Shown here: in pieces, positions 34,113 through 43,474 of the stretch
Position numbering within the stretch: position 1 is the stretch's first letter
How the letters are laid out: each line of letters opens with the position of its first letter
Source: a virus
Strand: one strand, 5' to 3'
Length of the DNA: 64,000 nucleotides
IMG/VR virus record: IMGVR_UViG_3300048790_000078
Coordinates: 1-64,000 of that record
Position numbers and translations under genes: made by a program
Notes under the pieces: model-generated
What the model saw: the letters and a program-made list of their open reading frames with translations, nothing else
What the model was told of the DNA's origin: nothing
Database searches by the model: none

Positions 34113-34760
34113 TACTGGAGGCTGATCCCGCCAACCTCGGCGTTCTTCGCTCGGATGTAGGCCTGGCAGATCTCCATCACCGCCGCCGCCCTGGTCGACT
34201 GCCCGGCCAACCTGATGGCTTCCTCGAACGCTGCCAGCGATTGCATGTACACCACCACATGCAGCATTTTATCCCGATCCGCGTTCCTCGAAGCATGCCC
34301 CGGGCCGGCGGCCGGGCCCCCAGCCGCGCCAGCGATCATCTCCCCGAGCTCCTCTGGGTCGAAGCCGGTTAACGACAAATCAAAGCCGATTTCACTCAGA
34401 TCCGCCATTTCGCCGGCGAGCAGGCCGACGTCGAACTCTGCTTCGGAGTGGGATCGGTTTTCCATTATCCGAAGCCCACGGATCTTCTCCGGCGACAGCC
34501 CGCGCGCGACGTGCACCGGCACGGTCTTCAGCCCCAGCTTGATCGAAGCCAGCCTTCTGACGTGCCCGATGACTATAACCCCGCTTTCCTCGACAACGAT
34601 CGGCTGCACGAACCCGTAGGCCTGAATGCTGGCGGCCACCTTGTCGATTGCCGATTGCGGTATCACCCGCGCATTTTTCTTGTACGGGCGTTAGACGTTC
34701 GATCTCCCAGATCTCGATGGACAGATCGGCGGATGGGGACGGCGGGCGCGCGGCTGACAT
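34112..34760 (-). CDS. ParB/Srx N-terminal domain protein, frameshifted near 34686
   Basis: Removing one C gives IERLTPYKKNAR..AIDKVAASI..YGFVQPI..IVIGH.R. Confidence 0.75.
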
Positions 34761-34949
34761 TCGACTTCCAGTATGTCCTGGTGATCATAGACGGCGCAAA
34801 CCTGGAGGGTTCCAAAGTCTTCCATTGGGCGGGTTTTCCAATGGCGCGATGGCGGGTTACCAAAGCAGGCCAGTTTCTACAAGCATAGGAGCCAATCCGT
34901 AGACGTACCGGCTCAAACCCACGCCAATTCACCTGTCGGACGGCTCCAA

Positions 34950-35232
34950 ACCTATCAAAACAAAGGGTTTACTGGAGTCCAAAATAAGGCTCTCAAGTCA
35001 CTCATTCTAAAGGGTTTAGAGATTTCCACAGTTTCGGCTAGTTTTCCACATTTCGGGCGGAATTGTGCACAGGAAATCCACAGTCAGCAGGCTGAAAATC
35101 GCTTCTAAGTAACTCAAAACAAAGCGTTTAACAAAACTTGTGGATAACTCAGAATTCTACAGCCAGGGCGGTTTTCATCCTCGGTTTCAGGGTATTCTAT
35201 AAGAGTAGTAAGTAATACAAAACAAACGGGTT
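34950..35232. promoter_or_regulatory. AT-rich origin-like region with DnaA-box-like and IHF-like repeats
   Basis: TGTGGATAA at 35139-47; near matches at 35022, 35042, 35063, 35074; four CAAAACAAAG(G/C)GTTTA-like repeats. Confidence 0.55.
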
Positions 35233-35302
35233 ACGACACGCGGCGCGGCTTTTTTTGCGCGTCGGGACGGCCAGGACGGCGTCTAGTGACTCCTCGGCAA
35301 TT

Positions 35303-35315
35303 TGATCTTTCACAA
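35303..35315 (+). promoter_or_regulatory. boxA-like antitermination element
   Basis: TGATCTTTCACAA resembles rrn/nut boxA; second copy AGATATTTGACAACTAAATA at 35681-35700. Confidence 0.45.
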
Positions 35316-35327
35316 TTCGACAACCAA

Positions 35328-36105
35328 AGCGAGACTAGGCGCATACGCGTCCTGTGGTCGCGGAAACCATTTCAACGGGTTTTAGATGTTGACGGGGAGA
35401 ATATCTCACTAACCTATCGTCATAAGTCCTGGCAGTCTCCAGGCTGGCGAGCAGGGCCCTGGATTAGAGAACACCCAAACCAACAGAATCTCAGTCCCAA
35501 GACTTTGCGGACGTCCTGAGAGATTGTTTCCTGCCCTGGGAAGTGACCAACTGTAAAGAGCGTATTTGAGCCTAACAAGGGCGTATATAGGGTAGTTTCC
35601 CAAGCGGGAGATATCGGGCGGATTCTTCGTTCGGTCCTACAGACTATAGCCTGGCACGCGTCGCGCGGGTTTGTCGAGACAGATATTTGACAACTAAATA
35701 GAGCTCTGAAATCATGGACTTAGAACGTATGAGTGCTTTTTGTCGCGGTTTGACAGAATGACAAGGCGGCGACTCCATGAGGCGAGCAAACCTTCAAATC
35801 AGCGTATAGGCGAGAGCCTTTTGATTCCGACGAAATGATGTATCCCTCGCGGGTGTTTTCGGTTATGTTGCGAGCATTGAGAGACAGGAAAAGTTTACTC
35901 CCAATAGCCAATAGCCGGAGCCTTCATAGTTGCGTCAACAGTAATCAGCGCGAGATTTGACGGCCGGTTGAGAGCCGGTCGAAATGTTCCAGGGCGGACG
36001 CATAAGGCGAAAGGCATCGCAGCGTCCAAACTGGAAAATGATCCGAGAAATTGCTACCTCCCCGTGGTTCGGATCGTAAACGTCAGCCGCGCGGCTTGAC
36101 GGCCA
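35328..36105 (+). ncRNA. Candidate long structured leader or ncRNA(s)
   Basis: No convincing ORF; dense run of hairpins, some with GNRA-like loops. Confidence 0.4.
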
Positions 36106-36134
36106 AATGCAAACCCTCCCGAAAGGCAAAATCC

Positions 36135-36263
36135 ATGAAACGAAATATCGCAATAGCTATGCAAGCCCGTGCTGCCAAAATCATCCGCCTGAATCAGATG
36201 CGGCGCAATTCCCGTGTAATCTCCAAGCATTCGGTCGTGCCAGCGACCCACGGAAAAGCGTAG
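36135..36263 (+). CDS. Small basic peptide (first early ORF)
   Basis: GAAAGG RBS; its stop lies within CGTAGACG. Confidence 0.4.
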   Translation: MKRNIAIAMQARAAKIIRLNQMRRNSRVISKHSVVPATHGKA

Positions 36264-36398
36264 ACGCGCCATGCGGGCCGGATGGCCGGTCCGCTTTCAA
36301 ATGTCCATCAAAACACCAGCTTCCCCGCAGCGATGGACGGGCAACGGAGCGTAGACGTTCCGGCAATGGTGAACCTTCCCGAAAGTGAACAAACGAAC

Positions 36399-36869
36399 AT
36401 GAAAACGACTGACCTGCAGTTCAAGAATGAAACCTCAGACAAGACCTATACCGTCGCGATCGACGGCCTGGAGGTGCTCTACATCTTCGGCAAGCGCGAA
36501 GGAACGAAGACGACCATGTTCCAGATCGCGGATGACAAGGCGGAAGCCCGCCAGCTCCATGACGATTGCGTCAAAGGCCTGCTGAAGAAAGGCTACACGC
36601 TGGCGGCCGGTTCGGTGGCGCCGAAGACTCCGACCGATATCGCGGAGTTCCGGCGGGCCGCGGCTCTGAAAGCATGGGCGACCATGCGCGCCAACGGCAT
36701 CAAGCCGGCGGAAGCGAAAGTGAAACGCTCGGAACCCATGACGGCGGAGGAACGCTCGGACGCAGCGAAGCGCGCCTGGATCACCATTCGGGCGAATCGC
36801 GAAGCGGCTGCCAAAGCGGTCAAGGCCGAGGCGCGCGCGGCGAAGAAGCTCGCGAAGGTCGCGGCGTAG
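36399..36869 (+). CDS. WGR-like domain protein with basic (K/R)AWxT(M/I)RAN repeats
   Basis: SDK.Y.V.......FGK......A.......LKKGY; two AAxxAWxTxRAN repeats. Confidence 0.65.
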   Translation: MKTTDLQFKNETSDKTYTVAIDGLEVLYIFGKREGTKTTMFQIADDKAEARQLHDDCVKGLLKKGYTLAAGSVAPKTPTDIAEFRRAAALKAWATMRANGIKPAEAKVKRSEPMTAEERSDAAKRAWITIRANREAAAKAVKAEARAAKKLAKVAA

Positions 36870-36889
36870 ACGTTTCGATCCTGTAGTGC

Positions 36890-36918
36890 CCGGGCGGTGA
36901 GTTTACCCGCCCGGTTTT
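36890..36918 (+). terminator. Intrinsic terminator
   Basis: CCGGGCGG-N9-CCGCCCGG-TTTT. Confidence 0.65.
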
Positions 36919-37004
36919 CCAATGCCTGCAAAATCGCAGCCTTCCCGTGGCGCAGGTGATCTGTTACCAATGCGAAACCTTCCGAAAGTGAGATCCATCC
37001 ATCC

Positions 37005-37214
37005 ATGACCGCTTCAATGAAATCCCGCGCGGATCGCGCGACCATCGACCTGATTCGCATGTCGGCGAGCAAGCTCGTAGACGACACGAAAATTCATCTG
37101 GTGACACCGCTTCGCCCGCCCATGAAGCCGGCGACGGCCACCATCGGCGAATGCCTGGCGTTTGCCGGCCGCCTGGGGCAGTTCTCCAGCGTCACGATTC
37201 AGGCGGTGCGCTGA
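37005..37214 (+). CDS. Hypothetical early protein
   Basis: In-operon; preceded by a CCGAAAG motif. Confidence 0.45.
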   Translation: MTASMKSRADRATIDLIRMSASKLVDDTKIHLVTPLRPPMKPATATIGECLAFAGRLGQFSSVTIQAVR

Positions 37215-37215
37215 C

Positions 37216-37581
37216 ATGGCGATTTCCTCCTTCCGCTCCGAAAGCATTATCGAACTCCTGCAGTATGAGGGGATCAAGAACGAACGGGACTTCGCCAACT
37301 GGTGCGCGGAGCGCCGGCAAAAAGGCGAGTCCCGCTTCTCGACTCTGAAGCGGATCTTCGGCGAGGTCAACGCTCACCGGATCATGCGCGTGGTCGAGGT
37401 CGCAAGCTGGAAGCTCGTAGACGTTCGCAAGAAGCGCGCGGCGATCAAGCGTACTGCCAGAACCATAGCGGCCACGCGGCGCGACCTGAAGGGCATCCGG
37501 CGCCAACTGATTCCGGCCGATGAGCGGTTGGATCTCAACCTGGTCGATTACTACTACACCCGCGAAATGGGCGGAGCGTAG
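37216..37581 (+). CDS. Hypothetical basic early protein
   Basis: RBS AGGCGG; in-operon. Confidence 0.5.
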   Translation: MAISSFRSESIIELLQYEGIKNERDFANWCAERRQKGESRFSTLKRIFGEVNAHRIMRVVEVASWKLVDVRKKRAAIKRTARTIAATRRDLKGIRRQLIPADERLDLNLVDYYYTREMGGA

Positions 37582-37586
37582 ACGTC

Positions 37587-37928
37587 ATGGCGATGCGTCC
37601 TTCGATCCGGCGGGAACTCAACAAAGCCCGCGAGCTGCTGCGCTTCATGCTGCGCGGCCAGCGCTGCTACTTCTGTCATGGCCCGCTCATCGAACCGGAG
37701 AAAGTGGTCCGGGACGGTGACGGGACGGCCGAACCGCTGGCCTTGGCGGTAACGATCCATCACAAATCGGGTGACCACTCAGATAACAGCGCGGGCAATA
37801 CCGTGCTGAGTCACTTCTCATGCCACAAAAGCCACCATGCAAAGCACATGGTCCGGGCCGGTGGCAAGTTCCACAAGCAGGGCGCGGCTGTTCTCGTAGA
37901 CGCGCCAAAACGGAGGAAAGCAGCATGA
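37587..37928 (+). CDS. Small HNH-motif protein
   Basis: CYFC..TIHH.....DN...N....H..CH..HH. Confidence 0.7.
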   Translation: MAMRPSIRRELNKARELLRFMLRGQRCYFCHGPLIEPEKVVRDGDGTAEPLALAVTIHHKSGDHSDNSAGNTVLSHFSCHKSHHAKHMVRAGGKFHKQGAAVLVDAPKRRKAA

Positions 37929-38281
37929 CGAAACCATGGGAATGCCCGCTCTGCTTCTGCGAAGGGAAGCACGCCGATAGGTGTGAGGCTGGACACCTGA
38001 CGAAACCTCCGGCCGCACCGACCGTTCACATGAACGGTACAGGCTGGAAGGATCTTTACAGTCAGATGGAGGATGCCGCACAGGCGCTCAGCGCAGCAAT
38101 CGTTACGATGCGCGCAGCCTGCCCGAATGGCCGGGACTACTATGTACAGTCCCCCGGCGCCACGGAGATCGCGCAGAACGAACACTGGGAACGCATCCGT
38201 AAAATCATGGCCGTCAAAACTGAGCTCGAACTGGTATGGATGGCGATCTCGGATCAGGAACCGAAACGGAGGACAACGTAG
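37925..38281 (+). CDS. Hypothetical early protein
   Basis: PTVHMNGT...L...........PNGRDYY. Confidence 0.55.
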   Translation: MTKPWECPLCFCEGKHADRCEAGHLTKPPAAPTVHMNGTGWKDLYSQMEDAAQALSAAIVTMRAACPNGRDYYVQSPGATEIAQNEHWERIRKIMAVKTELELVWMAISDQEPKRRTT

Positions 38282-38285
38282 ACGC

Positions 38286-38477
38286 ATGAACTTCACGCTC
38301 ACCCTGAACCTGAATCCCGGCACCACGTATGCCGAAATCCAGCGGCAAGTGTTCATCGCAGCAAGCAAGCTGCCGGTGGATTCGAGCAAGCCGGGCGGCA
38401 AAGAAGAGATCCACTTCTTCTGGCCGGGCCGCGACGGAGCCGAAGACGTATCCGGCCAGTGGGTAATCGACAAGTGA
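38286..38477 (+). CDS. Hypothetical early protein
   Basis: RBS GGAGG; in-operon. Confidence 0.5.
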   Translation: MNFTLTLNLNPGTTYAEIQRQVFIAASKLPVDSSKPGGKEEIHFFWPGRDGAEDVSGQWVIDK

Positions 38478-38902
38478 AAACCCCGCGCATCATCTCTATT
38501 CGCCAGCCTTGGGCATGGGCGATAACCTCGGGCGATATCCCTGCGGACCTGCGGAAGGATTTGGAGAACCGCAACTGGAAAACGAACTACCGCGGGCCGC
38601 TTCTGGTCCATGCCAGCCTGAAACCGGATCGGCGTATCCCCGAAGTGGTATCGTTTCTCGAAATGGCAACGGGCCTTGAACTGCCGGCGCCCGCGGATCT
38701 CCCGCTCGGCGGCATCGTTGGGCGGACCAATCTCGTAGACGTTGTGAGCAAATCGAAGTCGCACTGGTTCTTTGGCCGGTACGGCTTCGTTCTGCGCGAC
38801 TCGAAACCTCTGCCGTTCATCCCCTGCAAAGGGCAGCTCGGCATCTATTACCCCGACAGCGAACTGCTGGTCGCACTTCGCAAGAAAGGAATCATCCGAT
38901 GA
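38474..38902 (+). CDS. ASCH domain protein
   Basis: ISIRQPWAW.I..G..K.LENRNW.T.YRG.LLVHAS; KGQLG. Confidence 0.9.
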   Translation: MKTPRIISIRQPWAWAITSGDIPADLRKDLENRNWKTNYRGPLLVHASLKPDRRIPEVVSFLEMATGLELPAPADLPLGGIVGRTNLVDVVSKSKSHWFFGRYGFVLRDSKPLPFIPCKGQLGIYYPDSELLVALRKKGIIR

Positions 38903-39123
38903 CATCGCAAATGCCGGCGCTTCCAACCGATCTGCCGCTGTTCGCTGAGCCGGAATGTCCCTGCGGCTTCGCGCACGCCACACTGAAGCGCCTCATGCTG
39001 CGCGAGCGCCGCACGCTGGCCGAATGCCAGGCCAGTAACCATCCGGCAGCCGAAGACATGGCCGCTGGCGTAGACGCCCGCTGCGCGAAGCTGCAATGGC
39101 ATCTGGACGGTGGCTGCGCATGA
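38899..39123 (+). CDS. Hypothetical protein
   Basis: ATGA coupling. Confidence 0.4.
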   Translation: MTSQMPALPTDLPLFAEPECPCGFAHATLKRLMLRERRTLAECQASNHPAAEDMAAGVDARCAKLQWHLDGGCA

Positions 39124-39406
39124 GCTACCCTGTCCATCCTGCGAGCTGACGGCCCCGCTGAGGACTGGCGGGATCGTTGGGCACGTTCTGGAGTGCTTCG
39201 GATGCGGGCGCAAGGTTTGCGTCCCGGTCGGCACGCCGGTATTCGATCTGGGAACGCAGCGGATCGTAGACGCTGCGCCTCCCGTCGAGCATACCGACTT
39301 CAGCTATCTCCGCTTCACCTGGCGGAAAGGCAAGGGCACTGTACGGCGCATGGTGTCCGGTAAAGATCGCGCCGCTCAACTCGATTACCTTCTGGAGGCT
39401 GCATGA
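39110..39406 (+). CDS. Zinc-ribbon protein
   Basis: CPSC..CFGC. Confidence 0.45.
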   Translation: MAAHELPCPSCELTAPLRTGGIVGHVLECFGCGRKVCVPVGTPVFDLGTQRIVDAAPPVEHTDFSYLRFTWRKGKGTVRRMVSGKDRAAQLDYLLEAA

Positions 39407-39563
39407 ACTCGTTACCGATCTGGCGCATCTTTAACTACCTCGCGAAAACATGGTACGACCTGCCGACCGCGCGGATGGATGAATTCGACGGCTGGTATCC
39501 TCCGGCCATAAGCGCCGTCTGGAGCATGGCCAACGCTCAGGAACTCGAAAGACGGGCAACCTC

Positions 39564-39944
39564 ATGAACCGCGCCATCGTTCCCGAACCCATCCGCCAGG
39601 TGCTCGACTCGTTCCGCCACCTAGCAAGCAATCCGCCCCTGTATCGGGCCAGCGTAGACGCGCTCAACTTCGCCGTGATGGAGATCGCGGCCGAGGTCGG
39701 GCCGTGTCCATCGTGCGGCGCGGACAGCGGGGTGAAACCGAACCGCTTCCCGCTGAAGGTCGAATCCGAACGCGGCTCTGAATACTGCGCCGTGTGCGGT
39801 GAGCCGGCGCGGGAGTTTCCGGTTCCGGTCCCTGTCGGCATGCCTTCGGACTTTGACCCGGAAGACTACCGCATCCGCCACGCGGAAGCCCGCGCCTACT
39901 TCTGCGGACTCGGCGAATCCCCCATGGAGCGCGACCGCCGATGA
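39564..39944 (+). CDS. Zinc-ribbon protein
   Basis: CPSC..CAVC. Confidence 0.45.
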   Translation: MNRAIVPEPIRQVLDSFRHLASNPPLYRASVDALNFAVMEIAAEVGPCPSCGADSGVKPNRFPLKVESERGSEYCAVCGEPAREFPVPVPVGMPSDFDPEDYRIRHAEARAYFCGLGESPMERDRR

Positions 39945-40406
39945 ACGCCATCGGCCGCGATTTCCTCGTCGCAATCGTCTTGATCGCCTTCGGTATCTGC
40001 ATCCTCGCCAAAGGCAAACTGTAACCCGTCAACCGAAAGGACAAACGAAATGCTCGCACTTCTAATGTCGATCCTGCTTCCGCTGCTTCCGCCAATCGGG
40101 CCGCCCTCGCCGATCGATCCCGGTCACGGCTTGCACGCCATCGGGCCTGCGCGGCCATGCGTCAACTGTCGGCACCTGCGCTAACGGACATGGAAAGCCC
40201 AACACTGTCTGCCCGCGTGGTAGTCGTCACGCCCCTGCATCCGTACTGGGGCGAAACCTGCTACATCGTCCGAAGCCGTAAAAAACCGGACTGCTTTCTC
40301 TGCGAGGTCATCGGGCAACCGAAATGCCGCGCATGGTTCGCAGAGTACGACCTGATGGACGAACGCAATTACAACGATCTTGCCGACCGGCAATAAAAGG
40401 AGAACC

Positions 40407-41906
40407 ATGCCATCCACCCTGAACATCGCAAATTACGCCGATGCGGGCTTTCCCGCAGTGGCAATCGCAACCGCCGACGAAGACAGATCCATCGCCCACT
40501 GTCTCTCGCAACTGAACAGGCCGAACGCCTGGCGCATCGCGGCGTCCGGCGGCCTGCTCGACGCCCGCACCGGCCGGGCCGTAGACGAAAAGGGCAACTA
40601 CACCACGGCCCTGCTGAAAATGCGCACGCTGAAGCAGAACGAAGCCCCGCAGTGCGTCCTGTTCATGCTGGACTACCAGCATGTCATCCGCAACGCGGCG
40701 GCGTACCGGGCGCTCCGGGACACCATGACAACCTGCAAAGCGCTCGGGGCAATGATCGTGCTCGTGTCTCCGGCATGGCAACTGCCGGCGGAACTGGAAC
40801 ACGATATCCCGGTCGTGAACGACGCGCTGCCATCGCGGGAAGAACTGAACGCATCGCTCACGATCTGCGCAAACGGCGCGGGCGCAGTGGTCGATGACGC
40901 AACCCGCACGGCCATCCTCGACGCCGCTTCCGGCCTGACCCTGGGCGAAGCGGAAGGCGCGATCGCACTCAGCTTCAACGGCACCAGCTTCGATCCCGGA
41001 CTGGTCACCGAAGAGAAGATGAAGCTGGTCCGGCAGTCCGGTTACCTCGAAGTCTCCGCACCGGCGAACATCGCGGACCTGGGCGGGCTCGGCGGGTTCC
41101 GCAGCTACATCGAACAGGAAGTCGTTCCCGTGCTGCATGAACCGGACCTGAGAGTTCGCGGCGTGTTGCTGGTCGGAATTCCTGGCACGGGAAAGTCGCT
41201 TGCGGCCCGCGTCATGTCGGCGATGCTCAACCGCCCTATTCTCCGATGCGATATCGGGTCTCTCCAGGGGTCTCTGGTCGGCGAATCTGAACGCAAAATG
41301 GCCGCGATGTTCAAGCTGGCCGAAGCCGTCGCACCTATCACGTTATGGTTTGACGAGCTTGAGAAGGCAGTCGGCGGCTATGCGTCATCGGCCAATACCG
41401 ATGGCGGCGTGAAGCTCGGGATGGTCGGCATGCTGCTTACCTTCCTGCAAGAACACCGAAGCGACATTATCGTAGTCGCGACGGTCAACGACTACCAGAA
41501 ACTCCCCGCCGAACTGACACGCGCAGGCCGCTTCGATGAACGGTTCTTCGTGAACCTGCCATCGTGGGCGGAGCGGGTCGAGATCGCCGCAGTCCATCTC
41601 CGCAAATACGGAATCGCTGGCGGGACATGCGCGGAGCGCGCGGCGGACCTCAGCTCTGAATGGACGGGCGCGGAGATCGAGCAATTGGTCCGCTCGGCTG
41701 CCCGGCGCACGCGGCGCGCCATCACACCGGAAGCTCTTGAAGCTTGCGCTCCAGACATTCGCCCGATCTCCAAAGTCCGAGGGCCGGAGATCGCAGCCCT
41801 TCGCGAATGGGGCACGGCGAACCTTCGCCTGGCAAACACGGTGGAAGCAACGCAGCCGGTAGCGTCGGGCCGGAAGATTGGTGCGCGCGTCGCAAAGGCA
41901 AGCTGA
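40407..41906 (+). CDS. Ycf46-like AAA+ ATPase
   Basis: Degenerate N-terminal AAA domain; GIPGTGKS, LWFDELEK, LTRAGRFDE.FFV.LP. Confidence 0.85.
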   Translation: MPSTLNIANYADAGFPAVAIATADEDRSIAHCLSQLNRPNAWRIAASGGLLDARTGRAVDEKGNYTTALLKMRTLKQNEAPQCVLFMLDYQHVIRNAAAYRALRDTMTTCKALGAMIVLVSPAWQLPAELEHDIPVVNDALPSREELNASLTICANGAGAVVDDATRTAILDAASGLTLGEAEGAIALSFNGTSFDPGLVTEEKMKLVRQSGYLEVSAPANIADLGGLGGFRSYIEQEVVPVLHEPDLRVRGVLLVGIPGTGKSLAARVMSAMLNRPILRCDIGSLQGSLVGESERKMAAMFKLAEAVAPITLWFDELEKAVGGYASSANTDGGVKLGMVGMLLTFLQEHRSDIIVVATVNDYQKLPAELTRAGRFDERFFVNLPSWAERVEIAAVHLRKYGIAGGTCAERAADLSSEWTGAEIEQLVRSAARRTRRAITPEALEACAPDIRPISKVRGPEIAALREWGTANLRLANTVEATQPVASGRKIGARVAKAS

Positions 41907-42226
41907 TGATTTGCGACTTCTGTTCGGAACCTCAGCCTGCAATCGCCTTCGAATATCCCTGCCGGGACTTCGTAGCGCTGGACCCGGATGAAAACCATCT
42001 GGGCTTGGGGCTTGGAATGAATGGGTCGTGGCTGGCCTGTTCGTCCTGCTCGGAACTGATCGAGCGCGGCATGCTGTCCGAACTGGCAACCCGCCAGCTT
42101 GCCGCCCGCGATGACCTGCCCGAAGATCTCGACTTCCAATGCGAGATCATCGGCCTGCTGGTGCAAACCTTCATGCGGTTCCAGTCTCTTCGCATGGGAC
42201 CGCGCCGCGAACTTCAACCCGCATAA
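41906..42226 (+). CDS. Zinc-finger protein
   Basis: CDFCS..WLAC..C..LI. Confidence 0.55.
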   Translation: MICDFCSEPQPAIAFEYPCRDFVALDPDENHLGLGLGMNGSWLACSSCSELIERGMLSELATRQLAARDDLPEDLDFQCEIIGLLVQTFMRFQSLRMGPRRELQPA

Positions 42227-42251
42227 TCGAAACCGAAAGGAAACCTTCACC

Positions 42252-43235
42252 ATGAGCACAATTAACGAACGGGCCATGCTCGTTACCCTGAACATCAGCA
42301 TGTGGACTGCGGCGGTCGGAGATTCCGAAGCCGCGAAAGAAGCCATGCGCGCAATCGGCGCGGATGAGAAATTCGAATCGGGCTCCGAAACCGGACGCCT
42401 GACGAAGTTCCTCATCGATCCGAAAGCGCTCGCACCTGGCAATAAGCTGGCGGGCGCGGCGCGCAAACAGCACAAGAAACTGACGTCGCCGTACTCTGAC
42501 GACAGCACGCGCATCATCGCAGGCGCGGGCTACCGGAAATACATGGACGGCATGGCGGAAGCCGAGCGGGACTTCTGGAACTGGTACCAGCACACGTTCA
42601 AGCCGGCGTACCCGGGACTGGTGGCCAAAGCGCGGACCACGCGCAAAGGCGACTTCCGGCTGAGCGAGTATCCCGATGCGCACCTGATCGATATCGACCG
42701 TGGGGAATGGCGGGACAGGACGCCATCGACCAAGCTCGATCGCAAGTTCGGATTCGCAGTCACCCCGGCGCCGGTCCCTGAAGCGAATCACTTCTCGAAC
42801 CTGATCGGAGTCAGCGCGGCGGACATGGCTCTGATTCAGCAGTCGGCCATGAACGACGCCAACGCCCGCATCGAGCGCGCGGTGAACGACGTGTGGCAGC
42901 GGCTTCTGGTAGTGGTCGAAGCCATGGTGGAACGGCTCACCGTGTTCGGTACGCCGCTCGTAGACGAAAACGGACAGGAAACTGGCAAACGGGCTTTCTT
43001 CCTCGATACGCTCGTGACCAACATCACCGGGCTTCTCGATCTGGTCCCGATCCTGAACGTGACGGCGGATCCGGAGATCACGGCGACGGCGCGGGAGATC
43101 GAGCAGCGCCTGACGCAATACAGCCCGCAGGTGCTCAGGAGCTCGCCGCAGATCCGCACTGACGTACTCAGGTCGGCAACTCAGATCATGAGCTCTATCC
43201 GCGGCACTCGCCGGATCGTTGCGAGGGCGGCGTAA
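42252..43235 (+). CDS. DUF3150-like helical protein
   Basis: AMLV.L.IS.W..K.LI..T.P.......YP...YP..LN.T.DP pattern; adjacent to the AAA gene. Confidence 0.55.
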   Translation: MSTINERAMLVTLNISMWTAAVGDSEAAKEAMRAIGADEKFESGSETGRLTKFLIDPKALAPGNKLAGAARKQHKKLTSPYSDDSTRIIAGAGYRKYMDGMAEAERDFWNWYQHTFKPAYPGLVAKARTTRKGDFRLSEYPDAHLIDIDRGEWRDRTPSTKLDRKFGFAVTPAPVPEANHFSNLIGVSAADMALIQQSAMNDANARIERAVNDVWQRLLVVVEAMVERLTVFGTPLVDENGQETGKRAFFLDTLVTNITGLLDLVPILNVTADPEITATAREIEQRLTQYSPQVLRSSPQIRTDVLRSATQIMSSIRGTRRIVARAA

Positions 43236-43474
43236 TGGCGGCAATCGCAAAGGTGCGCAGCGGGGAACTGCGCACCGTGTACGACGATCGGTGGGCCGGC
43301 ATCCTGTCGGCCATCGGCAAAGTCACCATCGAACGCGCGTCGGATGTCGAGTACGACCACGGCGCGGGTGAATGGGTCGCAACGCATCACGCCACGGGCG
43401 TAGTCATAGCGCGTGGCGCAAACCGCAGCGAAGTTATCGCCGCCGAAGTTCGGTGGCTCGAAGAGAGGATCTGA
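43235..43474 (+). CDS. Conserved small protein (I.RAS.VE motif)
   Basis: G....VY.D.......G...IERASDVE......W..........R.E...AEV.WL. Confidence 0.6.
   Translation: MAAIAKVRSGELRTVYDDRWAGILSAIGKVTIERASDVEYDHGAGEWVATHHATGVVIARGANRSEVIAAEVRWLEERI

Larger units (their letters stand above)
34898..42966 (+). repeat. Dispersed same-strand octamer CGTAGACG, 15 copies
   Basis: Starts at 34898, 36259, 36350, 36865, 37076, 37416, 37577, 37895, 38277, 38734, 39069, 39265, 39653, 40580, 42959. Confidence 0.9.

Noticed and set aside
34760-36130. tRNA or tmRNA genes in the non-coding regions
   Set aside because: No cloverleaf with T-arm GTTCRA and acceptor stem could be built by eye
36259-39660. CGTAGACG repeats as a CRISPR array or integron attC array
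   Set aside because: Only 8 bp, irregular spacing, mostly inside coding sequence; no cas or integron integrase gene
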